Assembly: GCA_951406725.2 (NCBI GenBank)
Contig: OX597823.1
Coordinates: 91,388,001-91,452,000 of the forward strand
DNA: 64,000 bases
Direction: 5' to 3'
DNA from: Octopus vulgaris
Taxonomy: Eukaryota
The notes below the pieces were generated by a model. That model made no database searches. It was given only the letters and a program-made list of their open reading frames with translations, and had not been told where the DNA came from. This document shows positions 51,531 to 64,000 of this stretch, in pieces. The stretch's first letter is position 1, and each line of letters opens with the position of its first letter. Made by a program: the position numbers and the translations under genes.

Positions 51531-52343
51531 GATGTGAGATGGTTAAATAGTGGTTAATAGCAGAGTTCAATATAAGGAGTTATTTTCGAAATGATGGAAA
51601 TAAGAAGCAGAAAGGGAAATAAGAAATAGATATATGTGTAGGATGTTATAGTTGTAGTTCTATTATCCAAGGAAAGTGTTGTGTAGAAGTGGTAGAAATG
51701 CTTCTTGTCTGACAGGAGTTCATATTCTGATAGAAGTTCATATTTTGTCATTACAAATGGAAAGTGTGGAGATGTAAATTCCAAGTGCTCTTCATTCAAA
51801 GGAGTCTTGTGGTGAGAATGAAATTTTGTGAATGTAGTGGTAGTATTAAGTATATAGAGAGGAGAGAAAAGATATGCATATTTAAATGAGGAGAATGGTC
51901 AGAAGGAGTAGGTGAGGAAAGAAGAAAGAAAGACAGAGGAAAGAAAACGTAAACAGGAATGTTAGTTGGTGGTCAAAATATTATGAGGGGTATGGGAGAG
52001 GAGTAGGGGAGGGATAGGAAGAGATAAGAATGTAAGGAATGAATATTTGTGGGAGGTGGGGTGATATGTTTGAAAGGCACAAAGGTAGAAGTAATGACAT
52101 CAATAATAATTCTAACTACTATCAGCCAATTTTCGCAGGCTTATTTTAGGAAAAATAATATATGTAGTGAAATGCAGACCCCCTAGCTGAATATATCACA
52201 CTTTCGGCACCCACCCCATTTCTATGTCACTGTATAACTATATCTTGCTCTGCTGGTAAAATTTCCATGAATGAGAATCATGAAAATTTAGGCTCATACC
52301 CTTTGGTAAGCTTTTATACCTAAAAATACAATGCATCGCAGAG

Positions 52344-52510
52344 CAGTGGTTCCCAACTTTTTCACTACCAAGGACCCCTTTTATTTAAATGAGTTTTTCC
52401 ATGGACCCCGGAATATTATTGAAAGGTCTGTCAGCTTTATATGCTGATGTACCCCAGCACTACATTTGAGGATCACCAGGGATCCACAGACCACAGGCTG
52501 GGAATGACTG
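52344..52510. mobile_element. hAT (Charlie-type) MITE
   Basis: TIRs CAGTGGTTCCCAAC / GCTGGGAATGACTG; imperfect 8-bp TSD TCGCAGAG / TCATAGAG. Confidence 0.7.
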
Positions 52511-52556
52511 TCATAGAGTTACCAAGGAAACTTCAACCTAAAGATATATATGTGCG

Positions 52557-52587
<31 letters not shown>

Positions 52588-53286
52588 CTTTTATTCTTTG
52601 TCTTTTACTTGTTTCAGATACTAGACTGCGGCCATGCTGGGGCACTGCTTGAAGAGTTTTTAGTCAAATGAATCGACCCCAATACGTTTTTTTAGAGCTT
52701 GATATTTATTCAATCAAACTCTTTTGCCAAACAACTAAGATACAGGGATGTAAATACACCAACACCAGATGTCAGTCAATGGTATGGTACGAACACAACA
52801 CAAAGCACACATATACATATATTGGGCTTCTTTCAGTTTCCCTTAATCAAATCCACTTACAAGGTTCTGGTCGGTATAAAGCTATAGTAGAAGACACTTG
52901 CCCAAGGTACCATACAGTGGGACTAAACCCAGAACCCAGAGTTTAGATCATAAGTTGATAAAAGATCAGTTGAGGAATGTTAGTTCGAATTATAGGTGTT
53001 AAGCATAGCTGGTCATTGTAGGTAGAATCGTAAGCCGGATGAGAAGAAAGGAAGAAGATATGCAAATAGTCTCTTACAGCTGTTTCAAAAACGGATTTAC
53101 TGAGGGTGCATTTCCCTGAAAATGATTGGCAGCTAACATTGTTTTGCAATTATTTGCAGGAAAATGTCATGATCTCATCTGAAACCATTGTTTGTCTATT
53201 TATATTCATATTCTATTCTATATATAGAATATTCGTTTTTGGAATTGGTTTGCAAGATTCTTTATATGAGTTCGTGTGTTGAAACA

Positions 53287-53535
53287 TATACTGTTGTGTC
53301 TGGGAAGAGTCATTTTCTTTTTGTGCCTTATAATATAACACACTCACCGGTAAAATTTCCACTTTTTTCTTATTTTCATTTTCCTAAAATTTTTGTTGCG
53401 TCTTGCAACCTTTCCAATAGTTTTGACTATTGAAAAAGGTTGCAAGACGCAACGAAAAAGTGGAAATTTTACCGGTGAGTATGTTGTTATATTATAAGGC
53501 ACAAAAAAAATGACTCTCCCCAGACACAACAGTAT
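53287..53535. repeat. Inverted repeat of a dispersed element (also at 620-735) with hammerhead-like motifs at the centre
   Basis: Arms 53287-53420 and 53427-53535; CTA-TTGAAAA..GTTGC AAGAC GCAAC-GAAA. Confidence 0.65.
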
Positions 53536-54313
53536 ATATATATATAATCATCATCATCATTATCATCATCATCATCTTCATCATCATCGTCTTCCTCATC
53601 ATCATCATTATCATCCTTCTCATCATCATGATCATCATGACCCTCCTCCTCCTCATCATCATAATCATCAACATCATTATCATCATCTTCATCACCATTT
53701 GACGCCTGATTTCCATGCTGATGTGTTTATATCCTCATAACTTAGCAGTTCAGCAAAAGTGACTGATAGAATAAGTACTAGGCTTACAAAGAATAAGTCC
53801 TGGGAATGATTCGTTCGACTAAAGGCAGTGCTCCAGCATGGCCACAGTCAAATGACCGAAACAAATAAAAGAAAAAAGAAAAAGAAAAGAAAAGATGCAT
53901 ACGAACTGTGTAACTATGAATCTGTGAGAAAAAAACCATAAAACTATGTTATAGATTATTTCACACAATGGAACATCTGACGGTTTTACTTATTTATTAA
54001 GAGGATATGTATTGAACACTTAATATAACCTGAAAGCTGACAGATTAACGATATTAAGTGATTAATAACAAATTCCAATTAGATTCGTTAAACATTTCTG
54101 TAATCAAACTGTTTTCATTCATCGTCACCATTTTTTTTTCTCTTTGGAAACTTGACAGTGTTCAAACATGGTGAGTCTTATTTCTGTGTATTTCTTGAGG
54201 AACGAATTATCTTTGAGTTTATATGGTGACTCTAGAAGCTGAAGTATTCCAAGGAAGACATGTCCATATGGTTTAAATATTTATTCAAGATACACGGAGC
54301 ATGCTTAGATGGT

Positions 54314-54513
54314 TACTCTTTTACTTGTTTCGGTCATTTGACTGTGGCCATGCTGGAGCACCGCCTTTAGTCGAGCAAATCGACCCCAGGACTTATTCTT
54401 TGTAAGCCTAGTACTTGTTATATCGGTCCATTTGGCTGAACCGCTAAGTTACAGGGACGTAAACACACCAGCATTGGCGTGTTGGGGGGGGGGGGGGTAA
54501 ACAAGACACACAA

Positions 54514-54552
<39 letters not shown>

Positions 54553-54726
54553 CACATACATATATATGACGGGCTTCTTTCAGTTTCCGTCTACCAAATC
54601 CACTCACAAGTCTTTGGTCGGCTCGAGGCTATAGTAGAAGACACTTGCCCAAGGTGCCACGCAGTGGGACTGAACCCGGAACCATGTGGTTTGGTAAAGA
54701 AGCTACTTACCACACAGCCACTCCTG
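54314..54726 (-). mobile_element. SINE family A, full length
   Basis: Family A sequence. Confidence 0.85.
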
Positions 54727-55400
54727 TCATTTAAATTAATCACAAATCATATCTGACCTTTTAAAGGGGTAAGTGTACATAATAACAATGGACTTGACCA
54801 TTGAAGCTTTTGTATGAGGGTTCAGGTTTCGCTGAATGACCTGTGCAGACGATTTGTTTATAGGGGTCAAATGTATGAGCCATACATTCGCTCCCTCCCT
54901 CCATCAGATTGGTGTCACCTGAATAGGTGCAACAGGTGTGCCATGTGTCAGGAGTCGAAGTGATTGCAGTGCAATGTTAAAAAGAGTGTTTTGCTCAAGA
55001 ACACAATGCACCACCTGGTCTAGGAATTGAAACCATGATCTCGAGATCGTGAGTAGAAATCCCTAACCATCAGGCCATGCATCCTCATATAATAATAATG
55101 ATAATAATAATTATTATTTCTAATTTAGGCACAAGGCCTTGAAAATGTTGTGGGAAAGGGGCTAGTCGATTACATCGACCCCAGTGCATGACTGGTACTT
55201 ATTTCATTGACCCTGAAAAGATGAAAGGCAAAGTTAACCTTGGCAGAATTTGAATTCAAAACATAAAAATGGATGAAATGCTGCTAAGCATTTTGTTTGG
55301 TGTGCTAACGATTTTGCCAGCTTGCTGCCTTAACGACAATAATAGTAGTAGTAGTAGTAGCAGTAGCAGAAGCATCAGCAGTAGCATCAGCAGCAGCAGC

Positions 55401-55442
<42 letters not shown>

Positions 55443-56534
55443 CCTTTCTACTAAAGGGACAAGGTCTGAAATTTCAGATAAGGGGGTTAAGTCAATTGCA
55501 TTGACCTCAGTGCACAACTGGTACTTATTTTATTAGCCCCCGAAAGATGATGAGCAAAGTTGACTTTGACAGAATTTGAACTTGGAATGTAAAGACAGAC
55601 AAAATGCCACTTAGCATTTTCTCCAGTGTGCGAACGATTCTGCCAGCTTATCACTACAAATTCAAGGGTCAAGTCTAAGAAAGGGCAAGTGTCTCTATTG
55701 TTTAAAATCTGTTACAGAGGTGATGAAAGCATTGCTCATATTGTGAGTGAATGGCTGAGATTTGCTCAAAACCATTAAAAGTTGTGGTGACACAATGAGG
55801 GAGTGAAAGAGTTACATTGGAAAGCATGTGGAAAGTGGGATCTCAAGACAGGCAATGTGTGGTATGAGTACAGACTGCAAAATCCTATGGGATTTCTAGG
55901 GCATAGTAACCTGGACCTAGTGATGGTGGGTAAGGTGAACAACATGTGATGTATAACTGATTTTGTGTGTCCCTTTGACCAATGAATAGTGAAGAAGGAC
56001 GGGGAGAAATAGACATGTATAACCTTCTTAAATATGAGATATTGGCCTTCTTCAGTAAGCCACATGATATGGCCTTCCTTGGCCTTGTCAATGGGAGATA
56101 CCTAAAGCTGTCATCATAAATATCAAGTAGGCTGGTTAAAAATTAATCAATAGTGTCTTTTAAGTGGGTATAAATACTATAAGATTTTATCTTTTTGCCA
56201 GGAATATAGAGAAGATGCAAGAAAAAAAAAATCCTAGTTCTGAAGAACAGGAAATTGGTATGAACAGAAAACTCATCTTTCCTGATTCTGACCATATTTC
56301 TAAAGTCAATGTACAGTAATAGGTGAAGTATTTGATGAAAAATCAGTTGTAGATAGTCTATATGTGTGCATCTGTGATGCGTGTCTTTGAATAGTTTTCT
56401 GAATAGAATTGTCTCGGCAGGGAACAACTGTGTGGGTCCTGTTGCAGTTTTAATAGATTTTGGGGAGTAGCAGACATGCAATAATATACATGAAAAAACA
56501 TAATTCTGATGTATCACTAGAAACCCCAGATAAT

Positions 56535-56656
<122 letters not shown>

Positions 56657-56990
56657 TGTATATGTATATATATATATATATAACACTTTCACTTGCACTT
56701 ATATAAATATCTATAAATACAAAATCACTCTCTCTCTGTAACAATCTATCTATCTACACACACATACGTAGATTTATGTACATACAACAGACCATTCTAC
56801 AACATACATGATAAATATATAGGCACATATATATATAGAACAGTATACGTATATGCAAATATAAATACATCATCACCATCATTATCATCATTTAACGTCT
56901 GTTTTCAATGTATATATAAATATATACCTGTATATCAATCTGTGTGTGTGCATATTTAAATATATACATATATATTGGTGTATGTACATC

Positions 56991-57033
<43 letters not shown>

Positions 57034-57327
57034 TGGATTATATTTCACCATAATGTGTCATCTAATTTTCTCCCAACCAAACCGTGTGAACTGACTATAG
57101 AGTTTGCAGAACACTTTCTTTTTCCTCTGAAGAAATGGTTAAATCAATTATTGATAAACAAATCTTCTTATAAGTTTTCTATAATTTCACATTTATTTAT
57201 ATTTTTTTTAATGTCTCTTTAACAGATTCTTTTTTCATCATCATTTTTCTGGACTTACCATGGGGTTGACATAAAGGCTGTGTGAATATATATGTGTGTG
57301 TGTGTGTGTATGTATTTGTGTGTGTAG

Positions 57328-57550
57328 GTGCAGGAGTGGCTGTGGTAAGTAGCTTGCTTACCAAACCACATGGTTCTGGGTTCAGTCCCACTGCGTGGCA
57401 CCTTGGGTAAGTGTATTTTACTATAGCCTCAGGCTGACCAAAGCCTTGTGAGTGGATTTTGTAGATGGAAACTGAAAGAAGCCCGTCGTATATATGTATA
57501 TATATATGTATGTGTATATGTTTGTGTGTCTGTGTTTGTACCCCCCCCCA
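57328..57550 (+). mobile_element. SINE family A 5' half, truncated by the LINE fragment
   Basis: Family A head. Confidence 0.75.
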
Positions 57551-58200
57551 CATGATATACATGTGATGGTTGCTACAGAGACCAAGCTGGGCAGTTTACA
57601 AACCTTCTTGCCCCTCCTGAATGGCTATGAGAAAATCATCTCTCCTAGCCAGACCGGAGGCCGAGGGGGTGTAGTAGTACTTGTCCGAAAAGGCTTGACT
57701 CTGCAGACATGTACAGTCTATGTGGACCCTGAAGGTGGGCTGGTCCTCCTTGACATGATGTACAGTGGTAGAGCCTTCAGGTTGATCGGAATCTATGCAC
57801 CTTGTGCTACAGGATTACAAACTGATTTTTATCCGCGCCTAGAGAACTTTCTTGTAACGTCGAAGACATTAGTGCTGTTAGGTGACTATAACGCTATCGT
57901 TGACGCACGCATCGATAGTTTAGGCTCGATTGATAGAAAAATGAACTAATGTCTCATAGATCTGCTTAAGCGATTTCAGCTAGCAGATCGTTACAGACTT
58001 GACCATCCGAATGTCCCAGAGTGGACCTGGATGAATGGCGATGGAAGGTTCAAGTCTTACTTAGATAGGATAGTAATAAGAGCTAGAGATAAGGCTAGCT
58101 TTATTTGTCCACAGCTTCTTCAGGTATCCTACATGGACCATAGAATGGTTAAGTGTAGGCTGAACGTAGATAGTGCAGTTAAGAGAGGATCCAGTTACTG
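57551..58200 (+). pseudogene. Tx1/L1-like ORF2 APE endonuclease fragment
   Basis: VATETK..GGVVVLVRKG..LIGIYAP..LLGDYN..WTW..SYLDRI..DHRMV..GSSYW, with one stop. Confidence 0.88.
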
Positions 58201-58663
58201 ACATTAATTCTCTCACGGCCCAATGCTCGCACTTTAGCCCGGAATCTACATCCCTCATGTTTGGTTTTGAGGTGACGGTCCAAGGCAAGTTCTCGCTGCC
58301 AAAATGTGGGATGCAGAGCCCAACCTCAATGCCTCCTCTAAGTCGCTAACTAGTTTCCTTTCTATTCTCGCCTTGTCTAGTCTTAGCTGATGGCTAAACC
58401 TAACAGACTCGAAACGAATGGCTCTTTTGAGGGCGAACCACCACCGGTTATTAACCACGGAGCCGGTTAACGCCCTCTGTATTAATTCCTTAATCCGGCT
58501 ACGGTATGCCTCACAAGTCAAAATAGACTTGTTCAGCTTCCAGTAACTGGATCCTCTCTTACCTGCACTATCTACGTTCAGCCTACACTTAACCATTCTA
58601 TGGTCCGTGTAGGATACCTGAACAAGCTGCGGACAACTAAAGCTAGCCTTATTTCTAGCTCTT
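58201..58663 (-). pseudogene. Tx1/L1-like ORF2 fragment (end of endonuclease + linker)
   Basis: SYTDHRMVKC..GSSYWKLNKSIL..WWFALKRAIR. Confidence 0.85.
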
Positions 58664-58984
58664 GGTACGTCCTTCCAAATAATTGTCTTTAGGGTCATAT
58701 TCAATTAAAATTGTTTCTTCATTCTTTTGTGATTTTTTTCTGGGGCGGTGGAGCGGGGTCTTTTTTGTTATCTGTGGTGTAAGGTTGTCTTTTTTTCCTG
58801 TGGGGGATGTTGGTGGGGAAGGTGTGTGCAAACGATTGTGCACTGTCGTGAATTCCCCTTCGGACACCCCCCAGGGTGTCGTCTGGGGGCATTGTATTTG
58901 AAACACAAGGTGCCTCAGAAATCAGGTGGGCGGTTTTTTTTTATTAATGTGGGGGGTTGTGTATGCTGGGGTTGGGTCTTTTCA

Positions 58985-59887
58985 TTACTTTGTTTGGGGG
59001 CAGCACCACAACAGGGGAGGGGAGCATTTGTTTTTGTGGGGGCTACTGTATGTGTGGGTTTGGGGATGTTTTGAATAGTTGTGGAGACTTGTGTCTAACA
59101 GTTTTTTCTCTTTTTTCTTGTTTTCCTCTTCTTTCTTTTTTGTTTCACAATCGCTTCGAATGTGGCCTTTTTTCCCACTTTCGGAACAAGTAACCTTTTT
59201 ACCCTCTGCTTGAACTCTAAGGGTAACTTTCTCACCTACGTGTACCCGCTCCGGAAGATTTTCAATGTCTTCCGGTTTCCCTTTGATGGTGGCTGAAATG
59301 CTCTGTCCTGTCCAGTATTGGGAGGCAGAGCATGAAATCTGGAGAAATTGTATTTTGTCTGTCCTGTTATGCCACAGGGCAGCCATCACCACCCGAAGGT
59401 CTATTTCCGGTGGCACATCCATCACCCTCACACGAGAAGTACGTCTTCCCCTGTAAGAGGGTAGAAGCGCCACCTCCTTTGTCTTCAAGGGGCCAACCGA
59501 GTACTCCTGTGTCAACTTCTCCGTCTTGAAACGGACTTCAATGTTTGCATAAACTTTGCCCCTTGCAATATGAGTAATATCGATCCACACTGGGGCGAGG
59601 CATTTTTCAATAATATTTTCTTTGAAATATCTAAAACATCTTCCTTCCATACAGAAGGATCTGAAGACCACAGTTCTCTTCTGTATTTCTTCAGTATCAA
59701 ACCTGGGTGTTATTTTGATGTCCCCGTCTTCCTCCCTCATCCTGGAAAAATAATCTTTCAAATCTATATTGCTCAACACAATGGTCTTTGTTTCCATGGC
59801 GGCAACGCCAGTAAATTTTTTGTTATTAACGTAACTCTCATTGAGAGTGCTTTCAGAAATGTTTTCTTTTAAAATTTCCACCGACAT
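58985..59887 (-). pseudogene. Tx1/L1-like ORF1 (gag-like nucleic acid-binding protein, degenerate CCHC knuckle)
   Basis: 300-aa ORF; RVRVMDVPPEI motif; CSESGKKGHIRSDC knuckle; Lys-rich tail; upstream of the ORF2 fragment on the same strand. Confidence 0.75.
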
Positions 59888-59952
59888 GTTTGGTCAAAAT
59901 TATAGATGCACAAAAGCAGTTTTGTAAAGTGTTCACCAAATTAGTTTCAACC

Positions 59953-60260
59953 TTGCCCCACCCCCTTTACGGGGCGAGGCACAAGAAAAAACTTACGACG
60001 GCTTGAAAAAGGTTTCAATTGCACGAAAAAAAGTGTTTTGCCTTACCTTCCCAATAGAGAAGCAGAAAAAAATCCAAAGTACACGTAATCCACGCAATAA
60101 CAACGAATCTTGCCCCCCCCCCTCCTTGGGGGCGTAGCACAAAAAAGCTTACAACGGCTTGAAAAAATGTTTCAATGCCCAATTGAAGTTAAAAATGTCT
60201 TTATACCCTATCTTCCCTATAGGAAAGCATAAAAATCCAAAAAACATGTATATCCACAAG
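59953..60260 (-). repeat. ~157-bp tandem repeats in the putative LINE 5' UTR
   Basis: TTGCCCC..GGGGCG..GCACAA..CTTACRACGGCTTGAAAAA at 59953 and 60110. Confidence 0.7.
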
Positions 60261-60404
60261 AATTGAACTCCAACAAACACAAACAGTTAATCCACAATGA
60301 CAAGTTACGTCTTACTTGCTCCAAAATGGCGAATACAGTAACTGGAAGCAGTCTCCAAAATGGAGGTAAGCAAGCTACTTACCACACAGCCACTCCTGTA
60401 TCAA

Positions 60405-60870
60405 ATCAAATCAAAATTGCTGACGTAGCTGATGACAGCACATCTGAGTGTGTGATCATTGTCAGGGCCACGGATTGGCTCCCATGCTGGTGGCACGTAA
60501 AAAACATCCTTTGAGCATGATCGTTGCCAGCGTTGCCCTACCGGCACGTGTGCCAGTGGATGTATAAAATAACATTCGAGTGTGGTCGTTGTCAGTGCTG
60601 CTGGACTGGCTCCTGTGCAGGTAGCATGTAAAAAACACCTTTTGAGCGTGGTGTTGCCAGAACCGCCGACTGGCCCTCGTGCTGGTAACACGTAAAAGCA
60701 CACACTACACTCTTTATGTGGTTGGTGTTAGGAAGGGCATCCAGCTGTAGAAACGTTGCCAGATCAGATTGAGCTTGATGCAGCCTCTGGCTTACCAGTC
60801 CTCACACAAACCGTCCAACCCATGTGAGCATGGAAAACGGATTTTAAACTATGACGATGATGATGATGAT
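60405..60870 (+). mobile_element. Family C RTE-tail repeat
   Basis: Subrepeats plus terminus with (ATG)n. Confidence 0.75.
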
Positions 60871-61351
60871 GATATATATATATATATGTATATATACATG
60901 TATATATATATGTGTATATATACATGTATACACACACACTCACACACATATGTATGAGTGTATGTACATACACCAAATACACTTAGAAATATTTAATAGA
61001 CAGTGAACCAATAGTTTAACTATGAACCTAATTCAAATACTTATCATAAATGGATTGATAAATATCAATAAATATATCAGGCAGACATTTGTTTTGAGGA
61101 GAATTATCTAAGCCAGTGCCTACTTTTTGCTATTTTCCTGCCTCGCCATAAAATGACGGTCCACATTGCTAACATAGACTGTTTATGGCTACTGCAGGGA
61201 TGAGCATCTCATAAACCAGCGTTTATAGGTAAGTTACTTTAAACATTAGCAATATATAAATATATATATATATATATCTTATAACATTTTATAAGCACAA
61301 TGTTGTATATATATGTATATATATGTATATATATATATGTATATGTATATC

Positions 61352-62440
61352 GCCAGCCTCATCTGGCACCTGTGTCGGTGGCACATAAAAACACCATCCG
61401 AAGACCCGGCAAGACTAGTCAGGCCATAACCTGTGGCCCCTACCTGGGACGTAGTCAGTCCACCTGTGCATACCTTCCTTCTCGTGACACTTGTGAAGAC
61501 CTGTTGAGGCAAGTGAAAATCAAATCAAAACAAATCAAAATAGATGAACATCAATGGAATTTGTATCTTTGTGGTACCAGTGCCGGTGGCACGTGGCACA
61601 CAAGAAAACCATCCGAACGTGGCCGTAGCCAGTACCGGATCGACTGGCCTCCGTGCTGTGGGCACGTAACAAACACCATCCGATCGTGGCCGTTTGCCAG
61701 CCTCATCTGGCACCTGTGTCGGTGGCACATAAAAACACCATCCGAGCGTGGCCGTCTGCCAGCCTCGTCTGGCACCTGTGTCGGTGGCACATAAAAACAC
61801 CATCCGAAGACCCGGCAAGACTAGTCAGGCCATAACCTGTGGCCCCTACCTGGGACGTAGTCAGTCCACCTGTGCATACCTTCCTTCTCGTGACACTTGT
61901 GAAGACCTGTTGAGGCAAGTGAAAATCAAATCAAAACAAATCAAAATAGATGAACATCAATGGAATTTGTATCTTTGTGGTACCAGTGCCGGTGGCACGT
62001 GGCACACAAGAAAACCATCCGAACGTGGCCGTAGCCAGTACCGGATCGACTGGCCTCCGTGCTGTGGGCACGTAACAAACACCATCCGATCGTGGCCGTT
62101 TGCCAGCCTCATCTGGCACCTGTGTCGGTGGCACATAAAAACACCATCCGAGCGTGGCCATCTGCCAGCCTCGTCTGGCACCTGTGTCGGTGGCACATAA
62201 AAAACACCATCCGAGCGTGGCCGTTTGCCAGCCTCGTCTGGCACCTGTGTCGGTGGCACATAAAATCACCCACTACACTCTCGGAGTGGTTGGCGTTAGG
62301 AAGGGCATCCAGCTGTAGAAACACTGCCAGATCTGACTGGACTGGTGCAGCTTTCGGGCTCCCCAGACCCCAGTTGAACCGTCCAACCCATGCTAGCATG
62401 GAAAGCGGACGTTAAATGATGATGATGATGATGATGATGA
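61352..62440 (+). mobile_element. Family C RTE-tail repeat with a 406-bp near-perfect tandem duplication and ~56-bp subrepeats
   Basis: GCACATAAAAACACCATCCGAAGACC at 61381 and 61787. Confidence 0.85.
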
Positions 62441-63494
62441 TATATATATATATATATATATATAACATTGTGTTTATAAGATGTTATCTTTTGTTATATA
62501 TATATATTTCTCCTCCTATATATATGTGTGTGTGTATCATGGTGTTGACCAGACTATCAGATGTGAGGCATCTCTAGTCGCAATACACTTTACATTGCTT
62601 TAACTTTCGAATGATGCCACCCTGTTATATGTTTATATGTGTATATATATTATAAAACCAGCTGGACAACTTGATTCAAATAATACATAACTGTTGCATG
62701 AATATTTATATAAAAATATGAGCAGAAGTTATGTCGAGGTCACCCTGAGGAGATGAAAATATAAAGAGTGGCTCAGATTATGGTTAAAGAAAGAAAATAC
62801 TGAAATAGATCATGGCAGTTTTAGAAGTCTTTGGATATGAAGGACAAATATAAAAATCATGATGCAATAAATGAGAATAAAAGAAAAAAACATTGTTCAC
62901 AAATTATGTAAATATTGATGATATAAATTAATGGTAAGAGTGAATTAATTGGCATTAATCCATTAGCTGTAACAGAAACGAGCTGTAGTTTTTATGTGAA
63001 AACCGATTATATAAAAATGTGATTCAGAAAAGATATATAATAACTGATTAGAGTTTTTAGAATATAGCAGCAACTTGGGGACAATGTTAGGTTTACAATG
63101 ATCTGGAGTTGTAAGAGGATTTTTGATGTTAGAAAACTGTTATAAAATAGATTTTGCAGGTTAAATAAAAGTTGTAATAAATATAAGACAACTGAAAATA
63201 TCGATAGATTCGTATAAATGTATTGATATAAACATAAAGAAGAAAATCATTACAAGTTGTTCTGTTTTCAAAGAGAACTGAAAAAAAAATGTGAAAAAAA
63301 AGTTTGGAAAAGGAACAAAGAAAACAAAATGGATTCTTAGAATGATGAGAAATTTTAAAGGAAATTAAAAGGAAATGGAATAAAATATTTGGGAGGATTT
63401 ATTATACTATATCCATATATCAGGAGAAATCTTTGCAGAGTTAGCAGAAACAGTTGATTGAGAATGATTGAGAGTTACAGAACTGCGCTTCTAG

Positions 63495-63720
63495 TGGAGG
63501 TACATGGCTCAATGGTGAAGGTGTTGGACTTATGATCGTTAGATTGTAGTTTCGATTCCTGGACTGGGCAACGCATTGTGTTCTTGGGCAAAGCACTTTA
63601 TTTCCCCTTACTCCAGTCCACTCAGCTGGCAAAAGTGAGTAATCCTGCGATGGACTGGCGTCCCATCCAGGTGGGGGAATTTATTCGCCATGGAAACCAA
63701 GAAACCAGTCCTTATGAATC
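63495..63720 (+). mobile_element. tRNA-derived SINE (family D-related head)
   Basis: GGAGGTACATGGCTCAATGG..TTTCGATTCC boxes; reverse-orientation relatives at ~20000-20220 and ~54980-55085. Confidence 0.65.
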
Positions 63721-64000
63721 TGTATAACTTGAGAAGGTAACTGTACCTTATTTTTTTACACAATCTTCTAAAGGTTTCTGTAAACACTGAGAATGAAGGT
63801 TCCTCTGACATCTGCTAAAAACCACTGTCTGCCCTAATATGAATGGTAAGTGTCTTTTATTATAACTCCAAGCAAGCCAATATTTTGTGAGTGGATTTGG
63901 TAGATGGAAACTGAGAGAAGCCTGTCTTATATGTGCATATCTGTATCTCATGAGATCGTTATAAAAGAATGTCACTGTTATATAAGTAGTAGCATTCATT

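Noticed and set aside
62720-63430. A-rich stretch with faint RT-like words (CDSEKIYN, KYLGG)
   Set aside because: Too degenerate to assign without a profile search.

Overview
AT-rich, repeat-saturated eukaryotic DNA with no confidently identifiable host gene, so it is intronic or intergenic. The dense (TA)n/(CA)n/(CAT)n/(GAA)n microsatellites and the recurring SINE and RTE-tail families suggest an octopus (coleoid cephalopod) genome; this is an inference from repeat content. Most ORFs in the track are microsatellite or SINE artefacts. Mobile-element content: several tRNA-type SINE families, RTE LINE fragments, a full-length but dead Tc1 element with TIRs, a mariner fragment, a non-autonomous Helitron, hAT and pogo/Tc2-type MITEs, an R4/Dong-like 3' end in (TAA)n, a rearranged Tx1/L1-like LINE, and two Penelope-like elements (PLEs) with GIY-YIG endonuclease sequence. 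The most striking signal is non-coding. At 12374-13311 a ~2.6-copy tandem array of a 362-bp unit carries one type I hammerhead ribozyme (HHR) per unit, with a non-canonical U3-A8 core (UUGAAAA), a palindromic stem III and a Schistosoma-like bulge/loop pair. This is a candidate non-LTR retrozyme that could release 362-nt self-cleaved or circular RNAs. Several unrelated hammerhead motifs, many in inverted-repeat PLE ends, occur elsewhere in the window. All structures were read by eye and not computed.
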